Source: a virus (Duplodnaviria > Caudoviricetes). From it: a stretch of 64,000 bases of DNA. The stretch is taken from the IMG/VR virus record IMGVR_UViG_3300033066_001351, positions 1 to 64,000 of that record, one strand, 5' to 3'. The translations under genes and the position numbers were made by a program. Below the pieces are notes generated by a model, which made no database searches, had not been told where the DNA came from, and saw nothing but the letters and a program-made list of their open reading frames with translations. Below, one piece after another: positions 37,227 to 47,525 of this stretch; position 1 is the stretch's first letter, and each line of letters starts with the position of its first letter.

Positions 37227-40200
37227 ATGACAACCACACCGGTCCTTATCCCCATTCCGAATCTAGGTGCTGGAACGGATCCGCCGAACCCGGCGGCTGA
37301 TCTTGTCGCCGTTTCGCAAAGCGGCGTCGCACGTAAACTCACCATCAATGAATTGCTGGATGGCGCGCACCCGGTCAACTGGACGGTTGATTATTTGACC
37401 GTTATTCACGACGCGACTGTTGGTGGGACTCTAGGCGTAACCGGCACAGGCACGTTTGCCGGGTCTCTTATCGCGGGCAACGCCGGAACAGCGCCGATCA
37501 CGCTGCAAAGCGGCATCATTAGTATGCCCGCCAGTCAGAGTCTACAGATTCGCTTGGCAACAGCGGGACAAACCGTCGGTATCGGCGCTCCCGCGCCCGG
37601 TCTCGGTCAGGCACTCACGATTACACCAAACACCGACGGCAACAACGCTTTTGGCGCGCTGCCCAACGATGTAGCGGTCAACAATCGTCTCACTTTCACA
37701 TCCGCACGCACCATCGGCGGCACGTACGCGCTGTCTGGTACCGTTACGCCTACTGCTATCACAGGTAACGGTGCGACGATTACAATCACATTCCCGATCA
37801 TTTCGGGGATTGTTCTGACGGTAGGTTCGTCTGTAACCCTTAGCGGCGTAACGCCGAGCGGGTATAACGGCACGCGCACTATTCTTACCGCGAGCAATAC
37901 ACAGGTAACGTTGAGCGGGTCCACAACCGGCACCGTCACTGTTCTCGGCTCCATGACGTATAATCTGCTGTCGCCGCAGGTTCTCAATGTCAGTTCCAGT
38001 TGGTCCGGAACACCGATTGCAGGTGTCCGGTTTGCGCCATATCGTTTTCTGATATCAAGCGATACGACAGCCACAGACGGCACCGGACAAGGTGCCGCGG
38101 CGATGGAGATTGCGCACAACTGGCTCGGAGCCGCCACAGGCGGGAAACTGGGTATGCAGGTGTCGTTGTCCCATACCGGGGCTACCAACGATACAGGATC
38201 ACAGCAGCATGTTGTTGCCAATTTGCATGGACAGTCGTTCTTCAACGCCGGCGGCACTGGCACGGGAAGTCTAGCTCACGGGACATTTTACGGTCTAAAT
38301 CCGCAAATTCGTCTCAATTCCGGCGCCACATATTGGAACCTTGTCAATGTTCTCGGCGAAGTTGATTTGGCGGTCAACGCGTCGCAGCAGAATATCAATC
38401 TCGGCGGCACGGTAACGGCGGGTAATGTCGTTACGCTGACTTTTGCCAGTGCTGATATCGTCGGTTCGCCCGTTGCGGTGTCATGGACCCTTGGTGCCGG
38501 TCAGACGTTGCCGATGGTTGCGAATAACCTTGCCGCCGCTGTTAACGCCAATGCCGCCCTCCGCAACGCCAAGATCGGCGCCACGGGGTGGGAGGGCGCG
38601 CTAAGAATATACTACTACACGCATATTTCTACCTTGACGATTACGCCGTCTGTGTCCGGTGGGGCGACTATTACCGCCGCTCTAGGCACTTTCACCAGCG
38701 GTGCGTCTACCAGTTTCAAAACGATGGCGTCGTTTATTCGTTTGGCGGACGATGACGCACCGGGTTCATCGGGCAGTGCCCTGATGATATTTGGCACACA
38801 GTATTCTCCGTCGCCGTCGGGTCAATTTGAAGCAGGCATCGCGTTCAACGGCCAGCCCGCATACCATGGGTCATGGTCGTTCACGCAAAACGCCACTCTG
38901 ATTGGGTCTAACCTGACGACAGGAGTTGGTAACCTCGACAAAAGTAGCCCAATTCTATCTAACACGGCTGGTTTTGGTGTTGATTGGCAGTTGGTGAACT
39001 TCACCCGTGCGACAAACGGTCGCGCGTTCCGTTCGTCCAATTTCGGCGTCGGCGGGGAAGGAAATATCTATAGCGGTGGCGCGGTTATCGCGCCCACGTC
39101 CGCCGGCTTGTCCATCGATGTAACCGGTCGCACGGCGTCTTCTGTGGCGCTCGCTGCCGGTGGTGGTGGTGGTAGCGGTCAGGTTATAGGCAACTATTTC
39201 ATCGGCGACATAGGGTTTGATGACTACAACGGTCAGTACCGGGTCACAGGCGTCAATGCCAGCACAGGCGCCGTAACAACCTTTGCGGTGGAGTCCCCGC
39301 CGTCGTATTCGTCTGGATCAGCGCCAGCCAACCCGATCACGGTCAACGGCGGATCGGGACGTAATTGGACGGTCAATGCGACGTGGCCGTCCGCGGCGTC
39401 GCTGTCATTTCAGGCTTCTGGGGGCAATTCCCTGTTCGGCGGCACTATCACCATCGGCAATACGACGCCGCTTGTAGGTGGCTCCAAGTTCTTCCGCTTC
39501 GGCTACGGCGCCACGAACCCACTTGTTGTTATGCAGTCCGCAGGCACCGATGCCGCTGGTTCGGGCCAACAGGTGCTGTCGGTTTCACAGCAGGTAAACC
39601 ATTCGGGAGCCGGCGCAGCCGCGGCTATCGGCGCGCTCTACAGCGCCAGTACAATCGACGGAGCGCCATACACTGACTACTACGCCGGTGCTATGACAAT
39701 GACCAACCGTGCGTTGCGGTTGGGCGGGGCTACCGCCGACGAAGCACAACACGGCACCTTGTTTACTCATCAGGTCAAAGACCTTCCTACCGGCGGCTTT
39801 AATCCCGGTGACATCATGTCGGACTCGTGGGTCCAGTGGTGGGTTATTCAGGACCGCACCAATCTGCCGTCAAGCACAGGCGGCGCGCTGGTTGGCGTCG
39901 AATTTGACATTTTCGGCAACAACGCGGACGACGCCGCAAGTAAGAAGCGTTTTGCTCGCCAAGTTGTCCTGAATAACTACGCCCATGACGCGTTGACTCC
40001 GTTGGAGTGGGGCTACGGCGACTATTGGAATAGTTTTACCGGCGGCATCAACGACACGTTCTTCAATGTTGTCAGTGCCTACTACGCTGGGTGGACTGTC
40101 GCCGGTATCGACATGTCACAGGGCACCGGATCCCGCGCCAACCCCTATATTGACGGCATCAACCGCGGCGTCGCGATCAAATTTGCCGACGGCGTGAAGT

Positions 40201-40667
40201 TTGGCTGGAACGGCGACGGGGCTACCGGTGTTTATACGACCCACGGCAGCAACCGACTGCAATTCTGGAACAACGGTTCCGAAATAGCCTCGATCAGCGA
40301 CACCGGCACCGGCACTTTCACTGGTTCGGTTGTTGTGTCGGGCTATGTGGACTATAGTGTCGGCAACGCTCTTACTGCTGCTGGCACGACAAGGGCGGAT
40401 GCGCTACAACTGGCAAAGCAGGTAAACCGTGTCACAACCGCCGCAGCAAGCACTGGTGTTGTCCTTCCTGTTGGTGTTGTTGGCATGCGTATCACTGTAT
40501 TCAATGCCGGGGCTAATCCAATCAAGGTCTACGCCTCTGCATCTGAAACAGTCGATGGAACTGCTGGTAGCACAGGCGTTACGTTGACAAACGCACTACG
40601 GTGCGACTATTTCTTCGTGGCAGCCAATACATGGGTATCGGCACAACTTGGAGCGGTGAGCGCGTAA
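37227..40667 (+). CDS. Tail fibre protein 2
   Basis: 1146 aa, G/T/S/A-rich; shares modules with fibre 1. Confidence 0.8.
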   Translation: MTTTPVLIPIPNLGAGTDPPNPAADLVAVSQSGVARKLTINELLDGAHPVNWTVDYLTVIHDATVGGTLGVTGTGTFAGSLIAGNAGTAPITLQSGIISMPASQSLQIRLATAGQTVGIGAPAPGLGQALTITPNTDGNNAFGALPNDVAVNNRLTFTSARTIGGTYALSGTVTPTAITGNGATITITFPIISGIVLTVGSSVTLSGVTPSGYNGTRTILTASNTQVTLSGSTTGTVTVLGSMTYNLLSPQVLNVSSSWSGTPIAGVRFAPYRFLISSDTTATDGTGQGAAAMEIAHNWLGAATGGKLGMQVSLSHTGATNDTGSQQHVVANLHGQSFFNAGGTGTGSLAHGTFYGLNPQIRLNSGATYWNLVNVLGEVDLAVNASQQNINLGGTVTAGNVVTLTFASADIVGSPVAVSWTLGAGQTLPMVANNLAAAVNANAALRNAKIGATGWEGALRIYYYTHISTLTITPSVSGGATITAALGTFTSGASTSFKTMASFIRLADDDAPGSSGSALMIFGTQYSPSPSGQFEAGIAFNGQPAYHGSWSFTQNATLIGSNLTTGVGNLDKSSPILSNTAGFGVDWQLVNFTRATNGRAFRSSNFGVGGEGNIYSGGAVIAPTSAGLSIDVTGRTASSVALAAGGGGGSGQVIGNYFIGDIGFDDYNGQYRVTGVNASTGAVTTFAVESPPSYSSGSAPANPITVNGGSGRNWTVNATWPSAASLSFQASGGNSLFGGTITIGNTTPLVGGSKFFRFGYGATNPLVVMQSAGTDAAGSGQQVLSVSQQVNHSGAGAAAAIGALYSASTIDGAPYTDYYAGAMTMTNRALRLGGATADEAQHGTLFTHQVKDLPTGGFNPGDIMSDSWVQWWVIQDRTNLPSSTGGALVGVEFDIFGNNADDAASKKRFARQVVLNNYAHDALTPLEWGYGDYWNSFTGGINDTFFNVVSAYYAGWTVAGIDMSQGTGSRANPYIDGINRGVAIKFADGVKFGWNGDGATGVYTTHGSNRLQFWNNGSEIASISDTGTGTFTGSVVVSGYVDYSVGNALTAAGTTRADALQLAKQVNRVTTAAASTGVVLPVGVVGMRITVFNAGANPIKVYASASETVDGTAGSTGVTLTNALRCDYFFVAANTWVSAQLGAVSA

Positions 40668-40831
40668 TGACACCAGAAGTAGCAAAAGCAGCCCTCATTT
40701 TCCTTTCGCGTACGGATTTGAAGGGCGCCGAGGTTCAGGCTTTCGTGCAGGTTTGTCAGGTACTTGAGACCTTGGCGAACCCGTCGCCGATGCCTGACAA
40801 CCCGATTACAGTCGATCACGTCGCCTCGTAA
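40667..40831 (+). CDS. Small fibre-associated protein (possible chaperone)
   Basis: FLSRTDLKGAEVQAF motif; TAATG coupling. Confidence 0.65.
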   Translation: MTPEVAKAALIFLSRTDLKGAEVQAFVQVCQVLETLANPSPMPDNPITVDHVAS

Positions 40832-40842
40832 GGACCAAAAGC

Positions 40843-41505
40843 ATGGCTACGACAGTCAATTACACGAGTCTTTTGGCTGACGTCAGCAATGCGTTGGAGC
40901 GTGGTGGCAGCCTCCTGACAGACCCGACGGTTTACAACCAACTGCCGCGCCTCATAAACGCGGCAGAACGGGCACTTATTCAGGACCTGAAACTTCTCGG
41001 CACTATCGAGGTGCTGGTGAACGCGCCGACCGGTCTGGCAACGGGGGTATCCGTCTACCCCAAGCCGGATCGGTGGCGTGCTACCGTCAGCATGAATTTC
41101 GGAACCGGCACCGACAAGAATGACCGGACGCCACTGTTCCCCCGTTCATATGAGTATGCCAGGTCCTACTGGCCGAACTCGACAACGACCGGCGTACCCA
41201 GGTACTATACGGACTACAATTTATCGTCGTGGCTCGTTGTTCCTACGCCGGATGACGACTATCCGTGGGAAGTTTTGGCCTACATGCAGCCCGTGTTGCT
41301 GGATGAGGAAAACCAGAACAACTTCTTCACGAACTACTGCCCGAACGCCCTCTACTACGGGACGCTGTTGCAAGCGGCGCCGTTTATCAAGGACGACGCA
41401 CGCATCGCGACGTGGGGCAACGCCTACACCAAAGAAGTATCAACACTGCAAGCGCAAGACCTACAGCGGATCATGGATAGAGGCGCTGTTCGGACCATGG
41501 TATAG
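40843..41505 (+). CDS. Tail adaptor (tubular protein A-like)
   Basis: YTSL, LINAAE, G.PRYY, VVPTPD..Y, P.ALYYG.L.QA.PF.K. Confidence 0.8.
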   Translation: MATTVNYTSLLADVSNALERGGSLLTDPTVYNQLPRLINAAERALIQDLKLLGTIEVLVNAPTGLATGVSVYPKPDRWRATVSMNFGTGTDKNDRTPLFPRSYEYARSYWPNSTTTGVPRYYTDYNLSSWLVVPTPDDDYPWEVLAYMQPVLLDEENQNNFFTNYCPNALYYGTLLQAAPFIKDDARIATWGNAYTKEVSTLQAQDLQRIMDRGAVRTMV

Positions 41506-41517
41506 GGATAAGTTAAT

Positions 41518-43341
41518 ATGTCTGGTTCTTCTTATACCAATGTTTTCGGTGGCTCCGTCGTTCGTCCCGCGGACCCGTCCTATTTGTCGCTGTCCATCAG
41601 CACCAACACGACTCTCGTGTGGCCGCTTGAGACGACAGAAGGTGAGCCAGTTGTCGCCAACGCCATTGACGTAACGGCGACGACAACCAGCCTTTCCTTG
41701 ACGATGCCGACCGGTAATACCGGTTCTACCGGCGTCGTCACGATGATCACGAATGTAGGGTCCAACTCGTTCAGTGTGCGGACGTCTACCGGCGTCCTGA
41801 TCGCGACGATCGCCACCACACAATCGTGGCTGATCAAACTCACGGACAACAGCACCGCCGCCGGGACCTGGCAAGCGCTGCAAATGGCGAGCACGACGTC
41901 CTCGGCCTCCGCGGCATCGCTTGCCGGCGCTGGTCTTGAGGCCAACGGCTCGCTTCTGCAGGTCGATTTTCCGACATCTTATTTGTCAACCAACACCAAT
42001 TTGACGACGGCGTATCGCGGTCGTTCGGTTGTGTGGACTGGTGGGGTTGGCACGCTGCAACTCGCGGACTATACGATCCTTGGCGACGGGTGGTTTTGCT
42101 GGATTGCCAATACTGGATCCGGCACGCTGACAATAACCACAACCGGCGGCCAGACCATCAACGACGCCGCTACTTTGGTGATGAACGCTGGAAATTCGGG
42201 CGCTATTATTGCGGGCGCCAGTGGCTTCGCGTCTTACGGCGCTCTTGTTGACGCGCTCGCCATTGTAAACGGCGGCACAGGAGCTACAAACTCCGACGAC
42301 GCTTTGACGAATCTTGGCGGCACGTCAATAGGCAAGTCCATCTTCACCGCGCCCAGTTCCGCCGCAGTTCTGGCTATCCTCGGCATCACGAACCTGACGC
42401 TGACTGAATCTACTGTTGCGGTAAACCAGTCGCCGAATGCAGGGGCAGGCAACACGGTGTTTGTCGCCACGGCGGCACTCAGTATCAATCTACCGTTGAG
42501 TACAACGCTGTCCACAGGGTATGTTCTCGGCGTGCGCGCTACCGGCGGCGCCGTGACACTGGTTCCCGCCGCGACTGACGATATTGACGCTTCCGGCGTA
42601 GGTCTTAGTTATACGATCCCTGATGGCGGCAGCACATACATTTTCACCGACGCCAACGGGAAATGGTGGTTGTTGTCTGGCCCCGCCATGCGCGGCACAA
42701 CGCTTACAACGACCGGAACAGCCTCGTTTGGCGGCGCCGTGACGATGGCGTCCACTGCTGATGTAGCCGGCAACTTCTCGGTAGCGACTACCAAGTTTAC
42801 AGTCGCGTCCGCCTCTGGCAATACACAAATCGGCGGCACATTAGGTGTTGTCGGCACAGCGACTTTGACCGGCGCACTGAATGTAAGCAAAAACGTCGCT
42901 GTTGGAGGCAGTTTTCAGATAGTTGCCGCAAGTGGCAACGTCGCATCCGGCGGCACTGGATCGTTTACAGGTGTAGTTACTGCGGCTAACGGCGTAGGTG
43001 CCGGACAAGTCGTAAACTACAGCCAGTTCCCCCAAACCGCGGGGTCGTTCGTAGGAACACCCGGCATCGTCGGTGGCGGGGTTGGGCACTATCATATGAC
43101 CGGCAACGGCACCACGGACGGCAGCGGGTTTGACACCATAACCTTCCCAAATGGTGGTTTTCCGACCGCGTGTACGTTTTTCCGCGCCGAAGCAACCGGT
43201 GCTGCAAATACGACCGCCATTCAAGCGTATTTACGATCTACACCCACTAAAACTACGGCAGAAATTCAAACGCAGACCGCAGGTGGAACCGGTGGTGCGG
43301 CAGCTACCAAGACGTATTTCTGGTACGCTTTCGGGTACTGA
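41518..43341 (+). CDS. Tail/fibre protein
   Basis: IVNGGTGAT...ALTNLG; ITFP..FPTAC...YFWYAFGY (gp53-like C-terminus). Confidence 0.75.
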   Translation: MSGSSYTNVFGGSVVRPADPSYLSLSISTNTTLVWPLETTEGEPVVANAIDVTATTTSLSLTMPTGNTGSTGVVTMITNVGSNSFSVRTSTGVLIATIATTQSWLIKLTDNSTAAGTWQALQMASTTSSASAASLAGAGLEANGSLLQVDFPTSYLSTNTNLTTAYRGRSVVWTGGVGTLQLADYTILGDGWFCWIANTGSGTLTITTTGGQTINDAATLVMNAGNSGAIIAGASGFASYGALVDALAIVNGGTGATNSDDALTNLGGTSIGKSIFTAPSSAAVLAILGITNLTLTESTVAVNQSPNAGAGNTVFVATAALSINLPLSTTLSTGYVLGVRATGGAVTLVPAATDDIDASGVGLSYTIPDGGSTYIFTDANGKWWLLSGPAMRGTTLTTTGTASFGGAVTMASTADVAGNFSVATTKFTVASASGNTQIGGTLGVVGTATLTGALNVSKNVAVGGSFQIVAASGNVASGGTGSFTGVVTAANGVGAGQVVNYSQFPQTAGSFVGTPGIVGGGVGHYHMTGNGTTDGSGFDTITFPNGGFPTACTFFRAEATGAANTTAIQAYLRSTPTKTTAEIQTQTAGGTGGAAATKTYFWYAFGY

Positions 43342-43347
43342 TAGCAC

Positions 43348-44928
43348 ATGTCCGCAAAACCCTTCGTCCTGAACTTCAAACCTGGTATCGCCCGTGATGG
43401 GACGCGCTTCGATTCGGATCAGTATTCCGACGGGCTTTGGTGCCGGTGGCGGCTTGGCCGTCCGCGCAAAATGGGCGGCTACAAGCAGATCACGGACGCT
43501 TTGTTCGGGACGCCGCGGCGTATCCACATGTTCTATCAGAACGGGCAGATCATATGCCACGTAGCGTCGGTTAACGGCATCCAGCAAGTCATATTCGCCC
43601 ATCAGACGGGCGAACTTATCAGTATTGCGGACCGCACGCCGTCCACCTTCACGGCGGGTATCAATATCGGCTTCACGATGGACGCCATATTTGATACCAC
43701 AAGCAATGTGACGCAGTTGATCGTGCATTTTGTCCCTGACATGGGGCAGATTGCCACGATCATCACGACGCTGCCGGTCATCGGTCAGATCGACGCCTCT
43801 ACACCGCTGACACCATTCTCGGATCCGGGTGCAAGTAGCGGTAGTTGGGCAGCACCCGCTATATCCGGCGGCATTGTATGTGTGCAGCCCTATGTGTTTG
43901 ACTTCGACTCCTACGGCCTTGTGCAGTGGAGCGCGCCCAACTTGCCGCTCTATCTCGGCGTCACAGGTGGTTCAACCGGCGCTGGTCAAGCGCGTATATC
44001 AGCGCAGAAGATCGTCGCTGGGGCACCCCTCCGCGGCGGTGGAACACAATCCCCCGCAGCACTGTTTTGGTCTCTGTCGGAAGTCATCATGGCTACCTTT
44101 GTGGGGTCCGCCAACGGCGTATTCCGCTTCAACACCGTGTCTCCGTCATCGTCTATCCTGTCCAGCCGTGCCGTCATAGAGTACGACGGCCTGTATTTCT
44201 GGGTCGGAATCGATCGGTTCCTGGTGTTCAACGGCACCGTTACAGAGGTGCCGAATCCGACGAATTTGGACTGGTTCTTCAACAACCTGACGCCGAACTA
44301 CGAAGATCGTGTTTTTGCGTTCAAGGTGCCGCGCTACGGTGAGATTTGGTGGTGCGCGCCCATGTTCGGCAATACCGAACCGAGCCACGCCGTCATCTAC
44401 AACATCCGCGAGAACTGCTGGTACGACACCGAGTTGCCGAACGGCGGCAGAGGTGCGGCTTTCTATGCGCAGGGCTTCCACTACCCCGTCATGGGCGGCA
44501 CGTTGGACCCCGTAGACGATAAATACTCGCTGTGGATGCACGAGTTTGAGTTTGACGAAGTCCGCGGCGACACAGTGACGCCGATTCGGAGTTATTTTGA
44601 GACCGGCGTCTTCGGCGGCCCGCGCAATGACCCGCCGGACGACCAAGGTTTAAGTTTCCATCAATTGGAGCCTGATATTGATCAGACCGGTGATATGGAG
44701 GTTTATTTGTTGGGTCAAGCCAATGCCCGCGCGCCTGTCGTCCAAGGCCCCGCCGTTCCCCTACTCGCCATACCGGGCGTTCCACAAGAACAATTCGTGT
44801 CATTTACGCCGACTATGCCACTGAGATTGGCGCGACTTCATGTAGAGTCCAATACTCTCGGCGGCAACTACATTGGCGGTCGTAGTATCGCTCACGCACA
44901 ACCCGGCGACGCCCGACTTATATCATGA
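43348..44928 (+). CDS. Tail nozzle / DNA stabilization protein (P22 gp10-like)
   Basis: FKPGI.RDGT, GRPRKMGGY, VQWS, YFWVG.DRF, YGEIWW, VIYN..E..WY. Confidence 0.8.
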   Translation: MSAKPFVLNFKPGIARDGTRFDSDQYSDGLWCRWRLGRPRKMGGYKQITDALFGTPRRIHMFYQNGQIICHVASVNGIQQVIFAHQTGELISIADRTPSTFTAGINIGFTMDAIFDTTSNVTQLIVHFVPDMGQIATIITTLPVIGQIDASTPLTPFSDPGASSGSWAAPAISGGIVCVQPYVFDFDSYGLVQWSAPNLPLYLGVTGGSTGAGQARISAQKIVAGAPLRGGGTQSPAALFWSLSEVIMATFVGSANGVFRFNTVSPSSSILSSRAVIEYDGLYFWVGIDRFLVFNGTVTEVPNPTNLDWFFNNLTPNYEDRVFAFKVPRYGEIWWCAPMFGNTEPSHAVIYNIRENCWYDTELPNGGRGAAFYAQGFHYPVMGGTLDPVDDKYSLWMHEFEFDEVRGDTVTPIRSYFETGVFGGPRNDPPDDQGLSFHQLEPDIDQTGDMEVYLLGQANARAPVVQGPAVPLLAIPGVPQEQFVSFTPTMPLRLARLHVESNTLGGNYIGGRSIAHAQPGDARLIS

Positions 44929-45167
44929 TACCTATTGATCCGCGCTTCATGTCTGCTGTATCGTGGGCCGATCAGACTATCCTTGTACTTTCGGACGAGG
45001 CCCCGATACCGCGACTTCTTAATGAGGACGATTGGAAAACATGGGCGGCGTATTTGATACTGACGCCGGACATCGCCAAGTTAGGACCAGCCCAACCACA
45101 AATGTTCAACAAATGGCGTGATTGGGCAGCGGCGTTTAACGAGACGATCCGTCTCGTAGACAATTGA
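44925..45167 (+). CDS. Conserved W-rich small protein
   Basis: IDPR, DWKTWA, FNKWRDWA. Confidence 0.7.
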   Translation: MIPIDPRFMSAVSWADQTILVLSDEAPIPRLLNEDDWKTWAAYLILTPDIAKLGPAQPQMFNKWRDWAAAFNETIRLVDN

Positions 45168-45279
45168 CAACCCCTTTTCTTTCACTGTAAATACGTGTTA
45201 TTCTAAAGATCAGCGTTGGTCCCTGCCGACCGGCGGATGCGTATTTCAAATCGCGTCTAGCCGAAAGGGCAGGACATTT

Positions 45280-45423
45280 ATGCAATCGTCTGATTTCAAG
45301 AGCATCGTAAGCCCGCTCATTCTGCGCAAGGCGCCGGACCGGCAGCCCTCAAAACCGAAGCCTCCTACCGACCGTAAAGGCACATCACCTTCGCGGCGTA
45401 GTTCGACGCGGAAGTCTTACTGA
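45280..45423 (+). CDS. Small ORF (47 aa) whose N-terminus resembles the MCP N-terminus
   Basis: MQSSDFKSIVSPLILRKAPDRQPSKPKPPTDRKGTSPSRRSSTRKSY; AGGA RBS; TGATG coupling to the next gene. Confidence 0.55.
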   Translation: MQSSDFKSIVSPLILRKAPDRQPSKPKPPTDRKGTSPSRRSSTRKSY

Positions 45424-47525
45424 TGGCGAGTTTTGATCCCCGTGAATTGGTGCCCCTGGATTCCAGCGGGTCGCCACTTGACACAACGAAAATTAACTGG
45501 AAGGCGCTTGACGATACGGCAGAACTGCCGGACTACGTAAAGCAAGCGCTTATCCAGTCTCAAGGTCAGACCGGGCTTACGCCCGAGATTATGAAAAGTG
45601 CCAAGATCGGCACATGGGACCTGAACGGACAGCAGAACTACGGCATCCAGATTGATCCCAAGACGGCGTATGTGCCGATCAAGGACGACAACGGCAACAC
45701 GGTTTCCTACGCCGACAAGGCGGGTAATATCGTCGGAAACGCCCCTGATTTGGGCTTTACTACCTTCGGCATCCCAATTCCCATGGCGCCGCAAGCGTCG
45801 GACTATCGGTCCACGTATATGCGACCGACGTTTAAGGGCGAGACCATCAATGGCGACCCGAACCAGCCTGCCGCCTATACTTTTGGCGCCGAAGGTGCCT
45901 ATCCCACCCAGACCATGGTGGATGCGGCTGTTCATAACGAAAAAGTCGCCGCAGAAGGACGAAAGATTCGTCCAGTGGATCTTCTGGCTCCTCTGTTTCC
46001 TGTAGCGCTTGGTCTTGGCGCCGGGGCACTTGGAGGGGCACTTGGGCTAGGTGAAGCCGGGACGGCTGGTGCTGGTGGCGCGGGATTGAGCGCCACGGAA
46101 GCTGCCGGTGGTGCTACTGGTATCGGATTTGGTTCGGCTGCCGAGGCGCCTGGTGCGCTGACGATTGGCCTTGCAAACGCTACACCTGCGGCAGAAGCCG
46201 GATTTCTGACGGCGCCGACGGCTGCCGAAGCAGCAACAGCCGGCGCGGCGTTTCCGTCAACGTCGTCTCTCGGCGGCGTGGCAACCGGCGCCGGTGCAGG
46301 CGCCGGAAGTTCGTCCGGTGGTATTCTCGGCACACTCGGCAGCGTAAATTCGTCCATCACGAGCGGTATCCAGAGCGCACTTGCTCCTATTCTGGGTGAA
46401 AATACCGCCGCAACGATTGCCCCTATCGCATCCAAGGCAGTTCTCGGCGCCGCGGGTAATGCCGCCGTGTCGGGGATTACCGGCGGCGACCCGATCAAAG
46501 GCGCCCTTACCGGTGCCTTGACAGGTGGTGCGCTCGGTGCTTTTGGTGGCGCTGGCGGTATCCTATCCAACTTGACGGGCCTTAGCCCGTCTGTCGCCGA
46601 TATGTTGATCGGTGGTGGTGCGGGTGCGCTGGGTTCGGCGGCTACCGGGCAGAACGCTATCATGGGTGGCCTATCCGGCGTCGGCGCTGGATACCTGAAT
46701 AACGCCTTGAGCGGCGCTTCGGACAGCGGCTCGGGTAATTACGGCAGCGGCTCCGTTGTTAACGGTTCGTACGTGCCACCCACTGGTGCCACACTGGCTG
46801 GTGCCGCGGCGCCTGTTGCGGCGGGTGGCGCTGGTAGTTCCATCTTCGGCGGCAAGGGCGGTCTGTCTGGCACGGCTCTTGCGCTAGGCGCGCTGGCCGC
46901 TGGATCCGGTATCCTTGGTAACAAAGGCAAGACCACGACACCGACTGGCAACAGCACGGCAACGCCGGGACCGGAAGCGGTTGCGGGGACGCTTGGGCCA
47001 TACTGGAACAAGGACCTGGCAACGGTTAGTAGCGGTCCGGTTCGCGCCGTCAGCAATCCGTGGAGTAGTTCGACGCCGTCGTATTGGGCCTACGGTGGTC
47101 CGGAACAGTCTTACTTCTCTAACAATTCGCTGAAAGCCTTTGGCTATGCCGACGGCGGCATGGTTCAGGACATGTACATCGGCGGCCCGCCACCTTCCTC
47201 AAGCAACATGGAGCCTCTTGCCGGTGGGTTTGCTTCTGGCGGCGGTGTTCTATCGCGCCCGGAAGTGTTCAGCACCAAGGGTGGTCGCCACTACGTCGAA
47301 GGCCCCGGCGATGGTCAATCGGATGACATCCCGGCGGCACTCAGCGACGGTGAATTTGTGTGGGATGCCAGTACGGTAGCCCGTATCGGTAATGGATCCA
47401 GCAAGCGCGGGGGTGCCATTCTCGAAGCGGCGCGTCACGCTATCGCGAAAGACGCGGGGAGTAAGGAAGTCGTGCAGAAGCCCATCAAGAAATCCCCGCT
47501 TCAATATATTTCGGAGGCCGCATAA
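45423..47525 (+). CDS. Putative DNA ejection/internal virion protein
   Basis: G/A-rich hydrophobic core; YADGG, FASGG, GPGDGQSDDIPAALSDGEFV. Confidence 0.75.
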   Translation: MASFDPRELVPLDSSGSPLDTTKINWKALDDTAELPDYVKQALIQSQGQTGLTPEIMKSAKIGTWDLNGQQNYGIQIDPKTAYVPIKDDNGNTVSYADKAGNIVGNAPDLGFTTFGIPIPMAPQASDYRSTYMRPTFKGETINGDPNQPAAYTFGAEGAYPTQTMVDAAVHNEKVAAEGRKIRPVDLLAPLFPVALGLGAGALGGALGLGEAGTAGAGGAGLSATEAAGGATGIGFGSAAEAPGALTIGLANATPAAEAGFLTAPTAAEAATAGAAFPSTSSLGGVATGAGAGAGSSSGGILGTLGSVNSSITSGIQSALAPILGENTAATIAPIASKAVLGAAGNAAVSGITGGDPIKGALTGALTGGALGAFGGAGGILSNLTGLSPSVADMLIGGGAGALGSAATGQNAIMGGLSGVGAGYLNNALSGASDSGSGNYGSGSVVNGSYVPPTGATLAGAAAPVAAGGAGSSIFGGKGGLSGTALALGALAAGSGILGNKGKTTTPTGNSTATPGPEAVAGTLGPYWNKDLATVSSGPVRAVSNPWSSSTPSYWAYGGPEQSYFSNNSLKAFGYADGGMVQDMYIGGPPPSSSNMEPLAGGFASGGGVLSRPEVFSTKGGRHYVEGPGDGQSDDIPAALSDGEFVWDASTVARIGNGSSKRGGAILEAARHAIAKDAGSKEVVQKPIKKSPLQYISEAA

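Noticed and set aside
34459-43341. Diversity-generating retroelement targeting the fibres
   Set aside because: No reverse transcriptase; the 114-bp duplication is tandem and in-frame, and its differences are not adenine-specific.
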